A stretch of DNA of 40,836 nucleotides, taken from NCBI RefSeq assembly GCF_001194135.2, contig NC_068983.1, positions 23,457,932-23,498,767 on the forward strand, read 5' to 3'. The translations under genes and the position numbers were made by a program. Below the pieces are notes generated by a model. The model ran no database searches. It saw only the letters and a program-made list of their open reading frames with translations, and was not told the DNA's origin. Source of the stretch: Octopus bimaculoides (Eukaryota). Of the stretch, positions 1 through 10,008 are shown piece after piece. Position 1 is the stretch's first letter, and each line of letters opens with the position of its first letter.

Positions 1-296
1 GGGTTGGACGACTTGACTGAGGACCGGTGAAACCGGATGGCAACACCAGCCTCCAATCTGATTTGGCAGAGTTTCTACAGCTGGATGCCCTTCCTAAGGC
101 CAACCACTCAGAGAGTGTAGTGGGTGCTTTTACTTGTCACCCGCACAAAGGCCAGTCAAGCGGTACTGGCAACAGCCACGCTCAAAATGGTGTATTTTAT
201 GTGCCACCCGCACAAGAGCCAGTCCAGGGGCACTGGCAACGATCTCGCTCAAAAATCCTACGAAGGCCAGTCAGGCGGTACTGGCAACGGCCTCTG
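1..296 (-). mobile_element. RTE-clade LINE 3' UTR fragment with tandem hairpin modules
   Basis: Near-identical to 3380-3665, which is attached to RTE ORF2 sequence at 4016-4385; antisense to the gene. Confidence 0.75.
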
Positions 297-381
297 CCAA
301 ATTCATTTTTTGACTCATGTAAAGTCATTCAAGTCAGTGCATGAAATGAGATAGTTTTCTTTTAATTGAATATCTCTTTAA

Positions 382-588
382 CCCTTTAGTGTTTAAGCTG
401 GCTATGTGTGGCTCTAATATTCTACCTGTTTTTATGTTCAAACCAGCCAGATCTGGCCTCTCACATTTACCCTACATTGTCATTTTAAAAATAAACAGTC
501 ACTTCATGCTATGTGATAATGTTTGATTAATTCAAAACAATATGAATAAATGAGCATTACAATTGACAGTAAACTGAATACTAAAGAA
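382..588. mobile_element. piggyBac-like MITE
   Basis: TTAA at 378-381 and 589-592; imperfect TIRs ccctttagtgttta / tgaatactaaagaa. Confidence 0.6.
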
Positions 589-1473
589 TTAAAGAGATTT
601 TGACAAGAAAAAAATATATGTAGACTATATCCAAACAACAAATATGAGTAAGGAATGCTTTAAACAAGATGAAGTTTTTGTATGAATAATGATGTTTAAA
701 AATAAAAATTGCAATAGGTTTATTTTTAATAAAGCTGATTAGTTCAACAAAATAATTTTCATAAATAATGAATACAGATTCATCTAAATTCTTAATTCTT
801 CGAGCCCAAATTGTATAGGCAATGGTCAAGATTTAATCCATGGATACGTTGTGATTTCTTTGTGTGTTTATGTATTTCTGTGAGGAAATAAAACAGATTG
901 CTAGCTGAGTTCTGAAATGCATCACACAAATTGAAGTAAAACTAAGAAATCACTTCACTCACAAACTGATAGTTGACTAAATACGAACTGCACATTCAAT
1001 ATATGTAAAATATAAATATTTCTTCGGCTGCAAAAAAAACTATGAGGAACAGACTTTAGCTCTGGGCTTATAATGAAATAAATATATTTGATAAATGCTA
1101 ATTAATCTATCTTGGAGATCATTTCAACATATATCTATTCCTAAACTCTGTGAAATGAAGTTTGAATACTTAATGCCCAGGTGCATGGTGAAATGCTTCA
1201 TCAAATGACTTGAACAGATTGCTATTTAGATACCGATACTCTATCTATTTACCCATGTTGGTCATTATAATCAGATCTTTAGTTGAAGAAACCAGAAGGA
1301 TTATAATTGAAGCCTCTTCAACAAAATCTAGCCATAATATTTTTTTAGTGTAAATGGTAATCTTGAGGTTTCTTAATAGAAAATTCAAAAAACTATACCA
1401 TTGGAAATATTACATTATCCTGTGTTATTTTTTAGTTGATAAATTCATGTATTTGTTTGATTTTATTTTGAAG

Positions 1474-1578
1474 GTCGAAATCTCCAAAGAGCAAACGTCG
1501 TAATTCACCTTCTCGTAGCTGGTCCAGAGGCAGGCGGCGTACTCGACGTTCATATAGTGTGTCTTCATACTCCTCAAG
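1474..1578 (+). CDS. ZC3H18: ZC3H18-like internal exon (first visible in window), RS-rich: SKSPKSKRRNSPSRSWSRGRRRTRRSYSVSSYSS
   Basis: Acceptor ttttattttgaag, donor AG|gtaata; 105 nt, phase 2-2, open frame that chains to the downstream exons. Upstream exons lie outside the window. Confidence 0.85.
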
Positions 1579-1929
1579 GTAATAAACACAGAACAGTTTA
1601 TTTGCATCACGTTTAAACAATATCTTTCTAGAATGTTATACGAAACAACTTCTTTAACTTTTAACTGTAAACCTACAAATTATTTATACAAATTTATTTA
1701 TTTACAAATTTGCTGTCTTCAAAATATTATGCTTATTTTCACTATATTATAAGTTAATAAATTCACATTTCTTATTAAATTTGATATTCTTGAATGTCAG
1801 CAATGTATGTAATTTTTCTCTATATATTTTTAAATATGATGTATTTAAAAGAAGAAAAAAAAAAATCTGCCTTCTCTCATCGTGCGCTATTTCACAGTTT
1901 TTGTGTTAACTATTATCTGCCTTTTGCAG

Positions 1930-2022
1930 TTCATATTCTAATTCATTCTGCTCCAGGTCCTCGTCTTACTCTTCCTACACTAGTCGGTCATCATACAGCC
2001 GGTCTTCATCATATAGTTCAAG
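1930..2022 (+). CDS. ZC3H18: ZC3H18-like exon, Ser/Tyr/Arg-rich: SSYSNSFCSRSSSYSSYTSRSSYSRSSSYSS
   Basis: Acceptor cttttgcag, donor AG|gtgggt; 93 nt, phase 2-2. Confidence 0.85.
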
Positions 2023-2521
2023 GTGGGTAACTTTTCACTAATTTTAATTACATATATATATATATATATAAAAAAAAGGTAAAAAAATGAAGTTTGTGCG
2101 ATTAAAATGCCGCACTACAAACAGTTGCATTGTCCTCCAGAACAGGGTACATAACTCTGCTCACCCCGTCTAGTTTTTTTGACTCAACAAAAACAGGTTC
2201 TGCTCCTGTTTTATGTACAAGCGATTAGTTGTGGAAAGAACATCCTGCTGTAAAAATATANNNNNNNNNNCATATAGTTCAAGGTGGGTAACTTTTCACT
2301 AATTTTAATTACATATATATATATATATATAAAAAAAAGGTAAAAAAATGAAGTTTGTGCGATTAAAATGCCGCACTACAAACAGTTGCATTGTCCTCCA
2401 GAACAGGGTACATAACTCTGCTCACCCCGTCTAGTTTTTTTGACTCAACAAAAACAGGTTCTGCTCCTGTTTTATGTACAAGCGATTAGTTGTGGAAAGA
2501 ACATCCTGCTGTAAAAATATA
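2010..2521. other. 251-bp exact duplication across a 10-N gap (assembly overlap artefact)
   Basis: 2010-2260 is identical to 2271-2521, including the (AT)9 microsatellite length. Confidence 0.85.
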
Positions 2522-2604
2522 TTGCTCCAGCAGCAAAAGAAAAATACTCATTCTGCCTATGCATGCATGGTAAAATGGTTGCAAAATTGACTTTATTCCC
2601 ATAT

Positions 2605-2912
2605 CTTTTTTTTTTTATGTTCCCTTTTAAAGCCTAGCCAGGCTCATGGGCCTGGTTTCCCGGTTTCTATGGCATATGTATTCCCCCCCAGGTTGGACGG
2701 GACGTCAGTCCATCGCAGCTTTACTCAAGAAACAGGAAGAAAGAGTGAGAGAAAGTTGGGGCAAAAGAGTACAACAGGGGTCGCCACCACCCCCTGCCGG
2801 AGTCTCGTAGAGCTCTAGGTGTTTTTGCTCAATGAACACACACAACACCCGGTCTGGGAATCGAAACCGCGATCCTCCGACTGCCCTGACCACTGGGCCA
2901 TTGCGCCTCCAC
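2605..2912 (-). mobile_element. tRNA-derived SINE, variant A2 (family-A head and body, different 3' tail, poly(A))
   Basis: Head tggaggcgcaatggcccagtggtcagggcag; T-run at 2606-2616; 12-bp TSD ttattcccatat at 2593-2604 and 2913-2924. Confidence 0.8.
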
Positions 2913-3341
2913 TTATTCCCATATACACAAACATATATTATAGGGAAAGTTAGTGGGATGCCTCCAGTGAGATATTTTGAGAATTATTAAAGCTTGATGG
3001 TTTCATGCTTTTGTAGACTTCATGTAAAGTTAAGTATTTAGTCAAAAGAACATAACCCAATGTCTACATAGACGTTTGAACTAATATCCGATAAAAGACT
3101 TTTGTGCTCTCTACTTCTCTCTCTCAAACACATGCAATGACTTCTCCTTTTTTGGTAAAAACTTCTGCAACGCAAATGTATGTTGTTGGGAATATGTATT
3201 TTGGGTTTACCGCTTATTCAAGAGAGCACAGCAGTACAACTAGCTTAATTCTTTTGCCTGCAAAAATACATACTCTCAAATTAGGATCTAAACACTTCAT
3301 CTACTTGTTGATTTCACATCATAGAAATTCTACCAATATCA

Positions 3342-4385
3342 TCATCATCATCGTTTAACGTCCGCTTTCCATGCTAGCATGGGTTGGACGATTTGACTGA
3401 GGACTGGTGAAACCGGATGGCAACACCAGGCTCCAATCTAATTTGGCAGAGTTTCTACAGCTGGATGCCCTTCCTAACGCCAACGACTCAGAGAGTGTAG
3501 TGGGTGCTTTTACGTGTCACCCGCACGAAAACGGCCACGCTCGAAATGGTGTCTTTTATGTGCCACCCGCACAAGCCAGTCCAGGGGCACTGGCAATGAT
3601 CTCACTCGAAAATCCTACGGGAGCCAGTCAGGCGGTACTGGCAACGGCCACGCTCAAAATGGTGCNNNNNNNNNNNNNNNNNNNNNNNNNNNNNNNNNNN
3701 NNNNNNNNNNNNNNNNNNNNNNNNNNNNNNNNNNNNNNNNNNNNNNNNNNNNNNNNNNNNNNNNNNNNNNNNNNNNNNNNNNNNNNNNNNNNNNNNNNNN
3801 NNNNNNNNNNNNNNNNNNNNNNNNNNNNNNNNNNNNNNNNNNNNNNNNNNNNNNNNNNNNNNNNNNNNNNNNNNNNNNNNNNNNNNNNNNNNNNNNNNNN
3901 NNNNNNNNNNNNNNNNNNNNNNNNNNNNNNNNNNNNNNNNNNNNNNNNNNNNNNNNNNNNNNNNNNNNNNNNNNNNNNNNNNNNNNNNNNNNNNNNNNNN
4001 NNNNNNNNNNNNNNNTTTACTCTGAGTGAGAGTCCCTTTGTCGCCAGCAGGGGTAAGAGCTCTCTAAACTTTGCCCAGGCTATTCTTATTCTAGCAGCTA
4101 CACTTTCAGCGCACCCACCCCCACTACTAACTTGGTCGCCCAGATAGCGGAAGCTATCGACTACCTCTAGTTTTTCACCCTGGAATGAGATAGAAGTTTT
4201 CCTGTTTGTTTGCAGTCTTTATTGCACCTGAACATCTGCCACAAACAAAAACTAACTTGCTAGTTAACCTGCCTTTGATGTTGCTGCACCTCTTATGTGT
4301 CCATAGCTTGCACCGGGTACATCTTATAGAGTTACTACCTACTCCTTTTCTACATACTGAGCAGGGCCATCTACCTGAAGGGGTT
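3342..4385 (-). mobile_element. 5'-truncated RTE-clade LINE (ORF2 C-terminal part, gap, 3' UTR, (GAT)n tail)
   Basis: Minus translation TPSGRWPCSVCRKGVGSNSIRCTRCKLWTHKRC...CGRC, a frameshift, then TSISFQGEKLEVVDSFRYLGDQVSSGGGCAESVAARIRIAWAKFRELLPLLATKGLSLRVK; N gap 3666-4015; tail ...gcatggaaagcggacgttaaacgatgatgat. Confidence 0.85.
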
Positions 4386-4810
4386 TTAAAAAAGATTTAG
4401 GCACTGTTGCTTGTTGGTTGGAAAAGTATTATGAGTTATTGGTAGGTTTTCATTAGATATCATAGCTGGTATGATATTAGATCAAATGTCAGGAAAGCGT
4501 GTTGTAAATCTATTGAAATTTTGTTCATGTGTGAAAAAAATAATTTGAAGTGATATTCATAATTTTTATTGCTGTTCTATTTTTAACTTGCATTAATGTT
4601 TTTTTTTATTTTTTTTTTACATCAGTAAAAATTATACACACAATGATGATTTGATAAAAATCTGCTACAGGCTGCCTAAATGCTGTGCAAAAAAATAAGT
4701 TTAGCTTTATGCTATTTAGCTTGATTTTGGAAAAAAATTTTATGATTACTGCATAATTTTATGATTGGTTGATTTGCAATAAATTTCTCCCTTTTTACTG
4801 TTAAATTTAG

Positions 4811-4924
4811 ATCATCTCTATCTAGATCAAGGTCTCGTAGTATTCCTGCATCGGCTAAAAGACCTGTTCCACAAAAGTTACCTCCGTCTTCAAATACTGA
4901 AAAGAAATTGCTTCCCAAAGCCAG
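4811..4924 (+). CDS. ZC3H18: ZC3H18-like exon: RSSLSRSRSRSIPASAKRPVPQKLPPSSNTEKKLLPKA
   Basis: Acceptor ttaaatttag, donor AG|gtaata; 114 nt, phase 2-2. Confidence 0.85.
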
Positions 4925-5134
4925 GTAATAACAGATTTTTGATTGTTGGAGGCAGTGAGGAAATGTACCTCTTTATGTTGATAATGTTTATTATTGAATA
5001 TATTTAAATATCAATTTTCTTAAAAATTATCATCATAGTATTAAAGTTGATTTGCACTTAAATTTTTTTCAAGTTTGAATGTTTGTGGAAACTTTTTGAA
5101 ACTTATTGCTATGTATATATTTATAAATTTGCAG

Positions 5135-5287
5135 TGAAGCACCAAAGAGTGCTGTGACTGTTAGATCTAAAATGCATGTAAGTCCAGAAAAACGAAAAAT
5201 CCCTGGATCTCAGCCTACTGGGGGATTGCCTTCAAAACAACCCCCTCTTCTAGATAGGGGTCGAAGAAAGGAACGTGTGTCTCCACG
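5135..5287 (+). CDS. ZC3H18: ZC3H18-like exon: SEAPKSAVTVRSKMHVSPEKRKIPGSQPTGGLPSKQPPLLDRGRRKERVSP
   Basis: Acceptor aaatttgcag, donor CG|gtaact; 153 nt, phase 2-2. Confidence 0.85.
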
Positions 5288-5530
5288 GTAACTATTTTAA
5301 AAAAAAATTTTTTTAAAGCAAAATACACTTTTTTAATTTCATATCTTTGTGAGAATTTTGATTCTGGAACTAGTCTTGATTATTTATTCCAATCAGAGTT
5401 ATTTTTTATAATCTAATTATTATTTTTATAATCTAATTACTTGGACTGCATCACAAAATAGGACCCAAAGAATTTGTAATATATTTTATTTTGTCTTGCT
5501 TGTTAACTAATTTTGATTATTATCTTCTAG

Positions 5531-5799
5531 ACTCACCCGGAGCTGGAGTGGCAGTTCAAGTGGCAGTAGTTTATCACATTCACTGTCCAGATCTCACTCT
5601 TTATCCCGTTCAAGATCCCGTTCACAAAGTCGGTCTTCATCATCATCCTTTTCACGGTCTCGCAGTGCTAGTAGCATTTCATCTCTTAGCAGCACAGGTT
5701 CATCAAGTTCTAGTGGAAGTGCTGATTCAGAGCATCTTTACCGTGATATTGCCAGTCCAGCAAGTTCCCGTGGCAAATCACCTTCACACAGACTTAAAG
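5531..5799 (+). CDS. ZC3H18: ZC3H18-like exon, Ser-rich, containing SADSEHLYRDIASP
   Basis: Acceptor tatcttctag, donor AAG|gtaagc; 269 nt, phase 2-1. The motif resembles my recollection of the vertebrate ZC3H18 segment SVDSEDMYADLASP that follows the Ser-rich run. Confidence 0.9.
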
Positions 5800-5943
5800 G
5801 TAAGCAATGTAACTATTGAAAGAAACGTATTCTAGCTGGTTGGTAATCAATCAGAATAGGTTGCACCTATTCTTTAAGGTGCCTGCTTCTTGTTTACAAG
5901 CTATCTAATATGCAATTATTCTGTTTGTTAAGAGGATCTAAAC

Positions 5944-6203
5944 CAGTAGTTCTCAACTGGGGTCTGTATGACCCTTGGGAATCCATGTAAGATTTTAATG
6001 TTAAAAGTTAAAATATATGTACAATAAATTGGTTATACTTGTGCAACATAAAAGCTATTTTAACATTTCTATATACAATTTCTAATAATATTTAATTATA
6101 AAAATACAATAGGATTTTTTAAACATTGAATGTCTACGAGGGTCCATCCAAGTATAATAGGAATCAAGAGGACCTCTATGTAAAAAATGGTTGATGGCCA
6201 CAA
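5944..6203. mobile_element. hAT (Charlie-like) MITE
   Basis: 5' end cagtagttctcaac; degraded 3' end ggttgatggccacaa; 8-bp TSD atctaaac at 5936-5943 and 6204-6211. Confidence 0.7.
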
Positions 6204-6497
6204 ATCTAAACTAATTTAATCATGTGGCTAGCAATCAAGTAATTTCACTAGTGTTTCATACAGAAAATTATAAGTTTACTTACCACATTGATAATACTAT
6301 TCATATGCCAGTTGTATGTTTTAAAATAAATCTTTTGAATTCCAAGCTGTGTTCTAACTCTGTTGAGTTTGAATCCTTTAAAAAGAAAAAAAAAAAATTG
6401 GTAGGAAGTTATTTTTTTTCGTTTTTTTAACAATGATAATATGTTGTCTCTTCAGTGATTGAACTAATTATTTTACTGTCGTTGTTATTATTCTCAG

Positions 6498-6658
6498 AGA
6501 AAGAAAGAAACCGTCAAAAAATAGTACGAAGTAGTAAGCCATCAAATAGTCAAATCTCATCAAAACCACACACTGGCCAGCCTGTGCCGTCAAAAACTCA
6601 AAAGCCAGAAAGTAGGCAAGGTGGGCAACAACAACAACAACAACAACAACAGCAACAA

Positions 6659-6690
<32 letters not shown>

Positions 6691-6883
6691 ACAACAACAG
6701 CAACAACCTCATCACCACCACCACCATCATCACCATCATCATGCTGCAGCAGAGTCATCTGCGACCACAAGAACCACAAGTACAGGGCCACCTAGTAGTA
6801 CTTCAGTTTTATCCAGCAAAACTAAAGATCCCTTAAAAATTGTTGGACAGAAATCTAACATTAAACTAACTCTCATCAGCAAG
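6498..6883 (+). CDS. ZC3H18: ZC3H18-like exon with Q27-P-H11 tract, ending GQKSNIKLTLISK
   Basis: Acceptor ttattctcag, donor AAG|gtaatc; 386 nt, phase 1-0; overlaps ORF 6455-6919. IKLTL.K resembles the ZC3H18 IKLTLLNK motif (recollection). Confidence 0.9.
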
Positions 6884-7159
6884 GTAATCCCTCTCTTATT
6901 TTTTCCTCTGTGTAGTTAAGGAGTTCATTTTTCAAACATGTGGTGTTGGGTTCAGTCCCTCTAACTTCTATTGTAGCTCTGACAATACCCAATCCTTGTG
7001 AATAAATTTCGTAGATGAAAACAAAAATGATTGTCGTGTGTGTGTGCATGAATGTCTTTAAATTTGCGCTGCTCTGAAAATTGCTTTGTTATAAGCAGTT
7101 ATGTAATTTTCTTTATTATCAAATCATTTGTTGGCCTTGTGCTTTTGAAGATGGATTGA

Positions 7160-7290
7160 ATAAGAGATCCCCTACTTGTAAAACAAGGCTAGTGATAGGA
7201 AGGGCATCCACCTGTAAAACAATGCCTCTGTGATATATGATACATCCATCTACCTTACACTAGCATGGAAAAGCTAGTGAAAAATGAACA
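7160..7290 (+). mobile_element. Short remnant carrying the RTE-type 3' tail
   Basis: ggaagggcatccacctgtaaaa ... ctagcatggaaaag ... aaaaatga. Confidence 0.5.
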
Positions 7291-7296
7291 AATATA

Positions 7297-8119
7297 GGTG
7301 CTAGTATAGTATGTGTTCTACCACCTTGTCGAGCTTAGCCAGGGTTATCTACCTTAAACGTTCAGTTTGTAAAGGAAAGCAATTTTTCCATTATATGGAC
7401 ATTAAATACAACAAATTAAACTGTAAGCTGAGCCTGAGTGAGATTTTAGAACTAATATTTTGCTTTGTCATGGATATACTCATGACTACAGCAGTGATTT
7501 TAACAGGATAATCTAAAAATACAATAATTGACTGGTATAATATGTGCGTGAAGTGTGTGGAGCCATAGTTTATCATGTACAAAGAGGGAAGATGGTTGGA
7601 GCAAACGATAACCCCATTTAGATTGATGAAGCAAGATTTGCTGGTCGTCAAAAATGCAATTGAGGACAAATGCTGAATGGCGACAACTCTCCTCTCTCCA
7701 AAGTCAGTGATGCAGAACAACGGAGCCATGGACATAGAATTGATCGGCTGTGGGTGTTTGGTCTCAAACAAGGCTCAGACTGTCGATACTTTTGTGTGGA
7801 ATGGTGTGACGGGAACAGTCTGATCCCAATTATTGAAAGAGAATATGAAAAAGGTTCACTAATTCATTCAGATGAGTAGCCCGCTTATAATAATTTAAAT
7901 GCCATCTAGCAGTGAACCATCAACTACATTATGTGGATCCAGTGACCAGAGCATACACTCAAGCCATTGAGTGATCATGGTTAGATGCTAAAACTATGAT
8001 TCTGAAAAGAACAAAAAAGATCTCCGAAATACTTGAAGTTTTTTATCTCTGAAACATCTGAAAGATAAGGTAGATAACCCTGTTTGACACCATGGTAGAC
8101 TGTCTACTATACTAGTACT
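7297..8119 (+). mobile_element. Internally deleted Merlin (IS1016/ISXO2-like DDE) DNA transposon
   Basis: Imperfect ~55-60-bp TIRs (ggtgctagtatagta...cagggttatctacctta, and its reverse complement at ~8066-8119); 8-bp flanks caaatata / catgtata (6/8); decayed transposase TIIDWYNMC, I*IDEARFAGRQKCN*GQML, WVFG, LIPII, GSLIHSDE*PAY, VNH. Confidence 0.82.
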
Positions 8120-8149
8120 CATGTATATTTCAGCATTGGTGCAGTATGG

Positions 8150-8420
8150 CCAAAAAATTAACAAGTCTTCCTTGCAACCACAAGGTCCCAGGTTTGATTC
8201 TGCTGTGTGGCATCTGAAGCATGTATCATTTTCTATAGTTTTGGGTCAACCGATAACTTATTTAGTGAAATTAGGTAGACAGAAATTATCTAGATGTCTG
8301 CTGGATGGATTGTATCTGCAATTCAAAGGAACAGCCTTATTACACTCTGTCACACTGATTTAACTTGGGAGTTACATTAGAAGTATAGCTGTTTGTGGAA
8401 TACTCAGTCACTTATGCATC
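8150..8420 (+). mobile_element. Old degenerate tRNA-derived SINE
   Basis: Remnant B-box-like ggtttgattc, family-B-like ggtagacagaaa, family-A-like caattcaaaggaacagcctt. Confidence 0.4.
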
Positions 8421-8631
8421 AAATCAAGAGTAGGTAAATCAGTTTCTCAAAATACTAAATCCTCATCATTGAAAGACAGAGAAACCATCCTTGCATCCGT
8501 TTGTCAGCTCTTAACTTCTATAGAATGTTGATTTAAAAAAATGTTTTTGATCACTTTTGAAAGTAAACCTTATGGAACTTGGAAAATTTCTTGTAAATGT
8601 TGCACTTTAAATTCTCTTTTATTTACCATAG

Positions 8632-8740
8632 CCTTCTGAGAAGGAATCAACTGCCCAGAGTAGAAAAAGATCTGCAGATACTAGTGTAGCATCTTCCGCC
8701 AAAAGACAGGCACTAACTGCTTTATCCTCTAAGCCACCAG
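8632..8740 (+). CDS. ZC3H18: ZC3H18-like exon: PSEKESTAQSRKRSADTSVASSAKRQALTALSSKPP
   Basis: Acceptor atttaccatag, donor CAG|gtaact; 109 nt, phase 0-1. Confidence 0.85.
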
Positions 8741-9042
8741 GTAACTTTATTTTCTCTCCAAATCATTCCTAATCTGAAATGTAAATTATTTGTATATTTT
8801 GTATATAAATGGAGGAATATATATTTGATTATACACTTTCATGTACTGCAAGATGAGAACATTCACTAACAATTATTAGATGTCATATTAGATAAGCTGT
8901 ATGTATTGATATGAGACTGCAAAATTTCACTGGGATTAACTTAGTCTTTTATTTTTGAAGCATCAAGAATAACTGTTTTATTGAAGCAAAGTCATCTCCA
9001 TAATTGATTTTTCCTTTTTAATATAAAGCCTGTTTCAAGGTA

Positions 9043-9270
9043 TGAAGGTGTATGGCTCAGTGGTTAGAGCATTGGGCTCACAATCATAAGATAGTGAGTT
9101 CAGTTCCTGGACTGGGCTGTGTATTGTGTTCTCGAGAGGGGAGACTAGTATGCATGGGTAACTGCTGGTCTTCTATAAGCAACCTTACCCAGGCTTGTGC
9201 CTCAGAGGGTAACTTTTTAGGTGCAAGCAATCCCATGGTCATTCTTCACCAGAGGTGGGGGTCTTAAGCT
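9043..9270 (+). mobile_element. tRNA-derived SINE (family E)
   Basis: A-box tggctcagtgg and B-box gagttcagttcc followed by a non-tRNA body. Confidence 0.55.
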
Positions 9271-9607
9271 TCAGGATGTAGTTAAAAATTTCATGCTCTA
9301 AACACATGAATTTAGCTTCAGTTCCACTACATAGCACCTGGGTTAAGTGATTTCAATTGTGATCTGATACCAACCTATGTCGAGAAATACAATTTGGCAA
9401 AAAGAAACTGTAAGGAAGTTCATGAGTGTTTGTATGCACACACAAACATTTCATCTTCTAGAAGACTAGTTGGATAGACAAGTACCATATCTTTGTAATG
9501 TGTTAGTTCTGAAGTTTATATTTAAGTAATTTTATTCAATGATTCTTTATTATTTTGCGCATTTGAATTTTAATCTTTTGAAAACCATGTTATTCTTCTC
9601 TTTCTAG

Positions 9608-10008
9608 ACAAACCTACGAAAGCTCAACTAAACAGAACAGAGAAGTCAGAAGCTGTTCTACCACGAATTAAATCAGCCCCTATAATGCAACCTTCTTCTA
9701 TGCAGTCTAACTCAGTTCCCCCTGCTAAAACAAGTGCAAAAGCTTTCTTACCTTCTTTGAAACCTGGACTCCCAAGAACTGGTGCCATATCCATTAGCAG
9801 CAGTGGAGCCTCATCTGTGAGCTCAGCTCCTGCTGTTGTTACTACTGCTGCTGCTACTAGTGCGAGTGCTGCTGCCCCTGTTGCTGCTGTCACAGGTGCA
9901 GCTGCCACGAAGGCGAAAAAGAGTACATCGTCACGTCGAGAGGAGCTTCTGAAACAATTGAAAGCTGTTGAAGATGCAATTGCCAGGAAGCGAGCGAAAA
10001 TGAATTGA
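9608..10008 (+). CDS. ZC3H18: ZC3H18-like terminal coding exon ending ...STSSRREELLKQLKAVEDAIARKRAKMN*
   Basis: Acceptor ctctttctag; phase 1; stop TGA at 10006-10008. The C-terminal motif matches the ZC3H18 (NHN1) C-terminus as I recognise it. Confidence 0.93.

Noticed and set aside
151-285. Regularly spaced palindromic repeats with variable spacers (CRISPR-like appearance)
   Set aside because: Eukaryotic context, only two to three units per copy, spacers recur between the two loci, no cas genes, and they lie within an RTE 3' UTR. Reported as a hairpin array instead.
1432-1620. Minus-strand ORF with a plausible-looking globular sequence (YYLEEYEDTLYERRVRRLPLDQLREG)
   Set aside because: It is the antisense reading of the RS-rich ZC3H18 exon 1474-1578, which has proper splice sites and phases.
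2271-2290. Second copy of the exon-2 3' end and donor site (possible tandem exon duplication)
   Set aside because: Part of an exact 251-bp overlap across a 10-N gap; an assembly artefact is the simplest explanation.
5491-5835. 114-aa ORF (also 6468-6791 minus, 6621-6836 and 9624-9908 minus)
   Set aside because: Alternative-frame or antisense shadows of low-complexity ZC3H18 exons.
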